Below are positions 60,501 through 64,000 of a stretch of DNA of 64,000 nucleotides, in pieces. The stretch lies in NCBI RefSeq assembly GCF_009914755.1, contig NC_060934.1; one strand, 5' to 3'. Made by a program: the position numbers and the translations under genes. Within the stretch, counting starts at the first letter, position 1. Every line of letters starts with the position of its first letter. The notes beneath the pieces are model-generated. The model saw nothing but the letters and a program-made list of their open reading frames with translations. It was not told the origin of the DNA and ran no database searches. Source of the DNA: the human T2T-CHM13v2.0 reference genome, Homo sapiens.

Positions 60501-62339
60501 ATATTGTTAAGATTTGTTTTACAATCTAGGATATGGTATATTTTAGTGAATCTTTCTTGTGAATTTGAAAAGGATGTGACTTCTGCTATTGTTGGATGAA
60601 GTGTTCAAAAAATGTTGGTTAGATCCTATTGATTTATGGTATTGTTGAGTTCTATATTTTTTTCTGATATTCAATCTATGAGCATTGTAATTTCTATCTG
60701 TAACAGAAAATTTGTCAATTTCTCCTTCAGTTTTCTCAGTTTTTATGCCCTGTATTTTGGAGCTCTGTTGTTAGGTGCATACACATTTAGGGTTGTTATA
60801 TCTTCATGACAAATTGACTGTTGAATCATTATGTAAGGTTTCTCTTTATTTCTGGTAATTTTCTTTGTGCTGAAATCTACTTTGTCTGATATGAATATAG
60901 CAACTCCAACTTCTTTTGTAAGAGTTTGCATGGTATATCTTTTTCTATCCTTTTCCTTATAACCTATTTGAAGCATTAGATTTCACATGGACAACATATA
61001 GTTGTATTATGTTTTGCTACCCATTCTAATGATCTCTGTCTTTTAATTGGTGTGCTCAGACCATTTACATTTAATACAGTTATTGATATATTTGTATTCC
61101 ACTTTACCATTTTATTATTTAGTTTTGTTTGTTCTCTTCATTTTTGTATCTCCATTCTCTATTTTCTGCATTCTTTTGCACTTTTTGAATATTTTTTGGT
61201 ATTCTATTTTACTTGCCCATTGAGTCTTTGACTATATCTCCTTGAAATTTATTTTAGTAATTGCTCTAGAGAATTACTTAACTTTATATTTAGTCTAATT
61301 AGACTACATATTTTATCAACATCAAATGGATGTTGATATATCTTACCACCATATAGATCCCTTTTCTTACTAGGTGCATTGAAAACCCTGCAAGACAATG
61401 TTATAATTTTAACTTTCAACCATGAAACATATCTTAAGGATCTCAAGAGAAAGTAGTCTATATTTACCCAGATATTTACCATTTTGTTTTCTTCTTTCAT
61501 TCCTTATGTTCCATTTTTCTTTCTGGTATTATTTTGCTTCTATCTGAAAAATTTGCATTAACAATATTTTTCTAAAGCAGGTCTGCTGGCAAATAATTCT
61601 CTTAGGTTTTCTTTATTTGAGAATATCTTATTTCTCTTTTATTTTTTGAAGAATATTTTCACTGAATAAAGAAATCTGGGCTGATGGTTCTTTCCTTTCA
61701 GTACCTAAAAATGTGTGCTACTTTATTCTGAACTCCATGATTTCTGATAAAAAATTCATTGTCATTTGAATTATTGTTTTCCTACAAATAATGCGTAGCT
61801 TGTCTCTGTTTAAAGGTTTTTAATTGCCTTCTATTCTTAGCAGGTTGCATATGTGTCACAGAGCATGGATTTCTTTGGGTTTGTCCTCTTAGGAATTTGT
61901 TGAACATTTTGAATCTTTAAGTTTATGTCTGTTGCTAAACAGGAAATTTCCAGCTATTAATTCTTCAAACATTTTTTTTCAGGTCTACATTCTTTTCTTA
62001 TCTCCTTTTGGAACTCTAACGATACAATGTTAGACCTTTTTTATTATCGCACATGTTCCGAAGGCCCTGTTAATTTTTCTCAAATCTATTTTTTCTCTGT
62101 TACTCTGACTGGATAGTTTTTATTAAACTATCTTTGAGTTCACTGATCCCTTCCTCTGTCATATCCATTCCAATATTGAGACCTTTTAGTGAGGTTTTTT
62201 CCAATTGTAGTTATTGTATTGTTCAGTTGTACTATTTCTGTCCAATTCTGTTTCTTGCTGTAACTGTCTATTTTTTTATTTGTTTCACGAGTGTTAGAAA
62301 TTACTTGGTGGAACATTTTTGTGATAGCTGCTTTAAGTT

Positions 62340-62630
62340 CTTTTTCATATTTTGAAACAGGGTCTCCCTCTGTCACTCGAACTAGAGTGCAGTGGTATGT
62401 TCATAGCTCACAGTAACCTCGAACTGGGATCCTCTTGCCCCAGCCTTCCTAGTAGCTAGGACTATAGGTATGCAACACCATATCCAGTTGATTTTTATTT
62501 TTTATTTTTTTATTGAGATGGGTTCTCTGTATGTTGTCCAGGCCGGTTACAAATTTTTGGCCTCAAGCAATCCTCACACCTTGGCCTCCCAAAGTGTTGG
62601 GATTACAGGTGTAAGCCACTATGCCTGGCC
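62340..62630 (-). mobile_element. AluJ
   Basis: Antisense dimer with J-type ggcctcaagcaatcctc; highly diverged. Confidence 0.88.
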
Positions 62631-64000
62631 AATTGCTTTACGTTTTTTGTCAGATATTTTTAATATATTTTATTTTTACATTAGCATCTGTTGATTTTTT
62701 TTTGCCCTGTGTGAAGTGATATTTTTCTAATTCTTCATATATTGAGTACTTTTGGATTTGTTCCTGGGCATGAATATTATGTCATGAGGTACTGAGTCTT
62801 TAAAAATATTTATGTTAAATGTTATTTTTGTTTCAGCAAGCAATCAACCTGTTTAGGTTTAGGACACACAGTCCAGCCCACCTTCTGTGGACTGCAGTCC
62901 CAAAGTTAATTCAGTTTTCAGAGTCTTTGCAATGTTATTTTTAGTTGTCCTGTGTGTGTGCCACCCAGTGGCCACTCTGAGACCTGGGCAATAATCTGTG
63001 AGTTCCATCCTTAAATTCTTTGCTGTATTGATTAAATCAGATCTACCCATGGTCAACTTTGGGGTGAGAACAGAAATTCATTAACAAATCTTTATGGTGC
63101 CTCTTTCCCAAGCTATTCCCTCTCTCTGATTTCCTGCCTATTATTTTCTATATAGTTTCCTGGGCCTCTGATTTTTAATTATTATGTCAGAAAACTGGGG
63201 ATTTAGTTGCTTCTCCATATATGCTTCTGCATCTAGAGAGAAACAGCAAGAAGACACAAGGAGAAATAAAATTAATAGAGGATTGACCCACCTTCTTGGG
63301 ATTGGGGCTCCATGGACTGCAAAAAGCAGTTTTCCTCACTCAAAACTTGGATTCCTGTGGGCTCTCATTCCATCTCTGCTGCCATCACAAAGAGATTGTA
63401 TGGGGCCTGGGACCCAAGAATGTGGAAGAAAAAAAATTAACGCAAGAAGATTTCCATACTTTCTCTAGGTACTAAGAAATCCCCTTTCTGTTTATTGAAC
63501 CAGAACTAGAGGGCTTTTCCTGGAGTTACTTTTACACGCTGGTGCCCAATTCTAGATTTCAGTTTTTTGTTTTTTTTCTTTCAGTCTTTGTTCAGGTTTT
63601 ATAGTTGCATTCAGTGGGAGAGACACGGGGACTACACTTAGTCCATTGTACCCCAAACTGTAATTCCTCTATTAAATTTTTAGTACAACAATTCAACATT
63701 TTGTTTATTTTTAAGATGTTCATTTGTTCTAAGACCTTTATATTTTCTTTGTTTTTTTCTTTAATAGTTTATAATATTAATATAAACTATATTAACTTTC
63801 AACCAGGTAAAGATATGAAGGAAGTCTTTTATAATTTTGAAAATAATTTTACTTTTTCTCCCAACTATATTTGCTATTGTCTTGTTTATTTACATTGTGG
63901 TATTTCCTGTGTTTTTGGTTTTCCAATACTTTATTTACTACCCCATATCCTAATGGGACCATAGTATTTGAAATGGCAAAAACATTGAAGGCATCTATGT

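Larger units (their letters stand above)
59270..63650 (-). mobile_element. Old L1M fragments (ORF2 5' end, ORF1, 5' region)
   Basis: ORF 60743-60976 (GVAIFISDKVDF...ITTLNVYAPNNRAPKY) is an L1 endonuclease remnant; ORF1-like sequence at 61600-62340. Confidence 0.75.

Overview
This is human non-coding genomic DNA: a full-length AluYb8, a human-specific subfamily, lies at 35549-35863. The window is dominated by interspersed repeats: Alu/FLAM, MIR, L2, old L1M/HAL1, ERV-L/MaLR/ERV1/HML-6 LTRs and DNA transposons. I find no host protein-coding gene, RNA gene or CpG island. The only recognisable proteins in the ORF track are broken retroelement proteins (L1 ORF1/ORF2/ORF0 and an ERV-L integrase). 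I found no novel gene system. The unusual content is structural. (1) A chimeric LINE-1 at 46411-53170: a younger L1PA3-like cDNA replaced part of ORF2 of a full-length L1PA6-like element, leaving two 3' ends and a multi-step templated junction at 50499-50550. (2) A series of local copy-paste/template-switch scars of different ages: a 309-bp inverted copy, a 268-bp direct copy, a ~105-bp copy flanked by a 30-bp repeat, a 68-bp tandem duplication and a 24-bp fold-back. (3) A Tigger3b with two right ends enclosing foreign DNA. Subfamily names come from recalled consensus motifs, not a RepeatMasker run, and boundaries of old elements are approximate.
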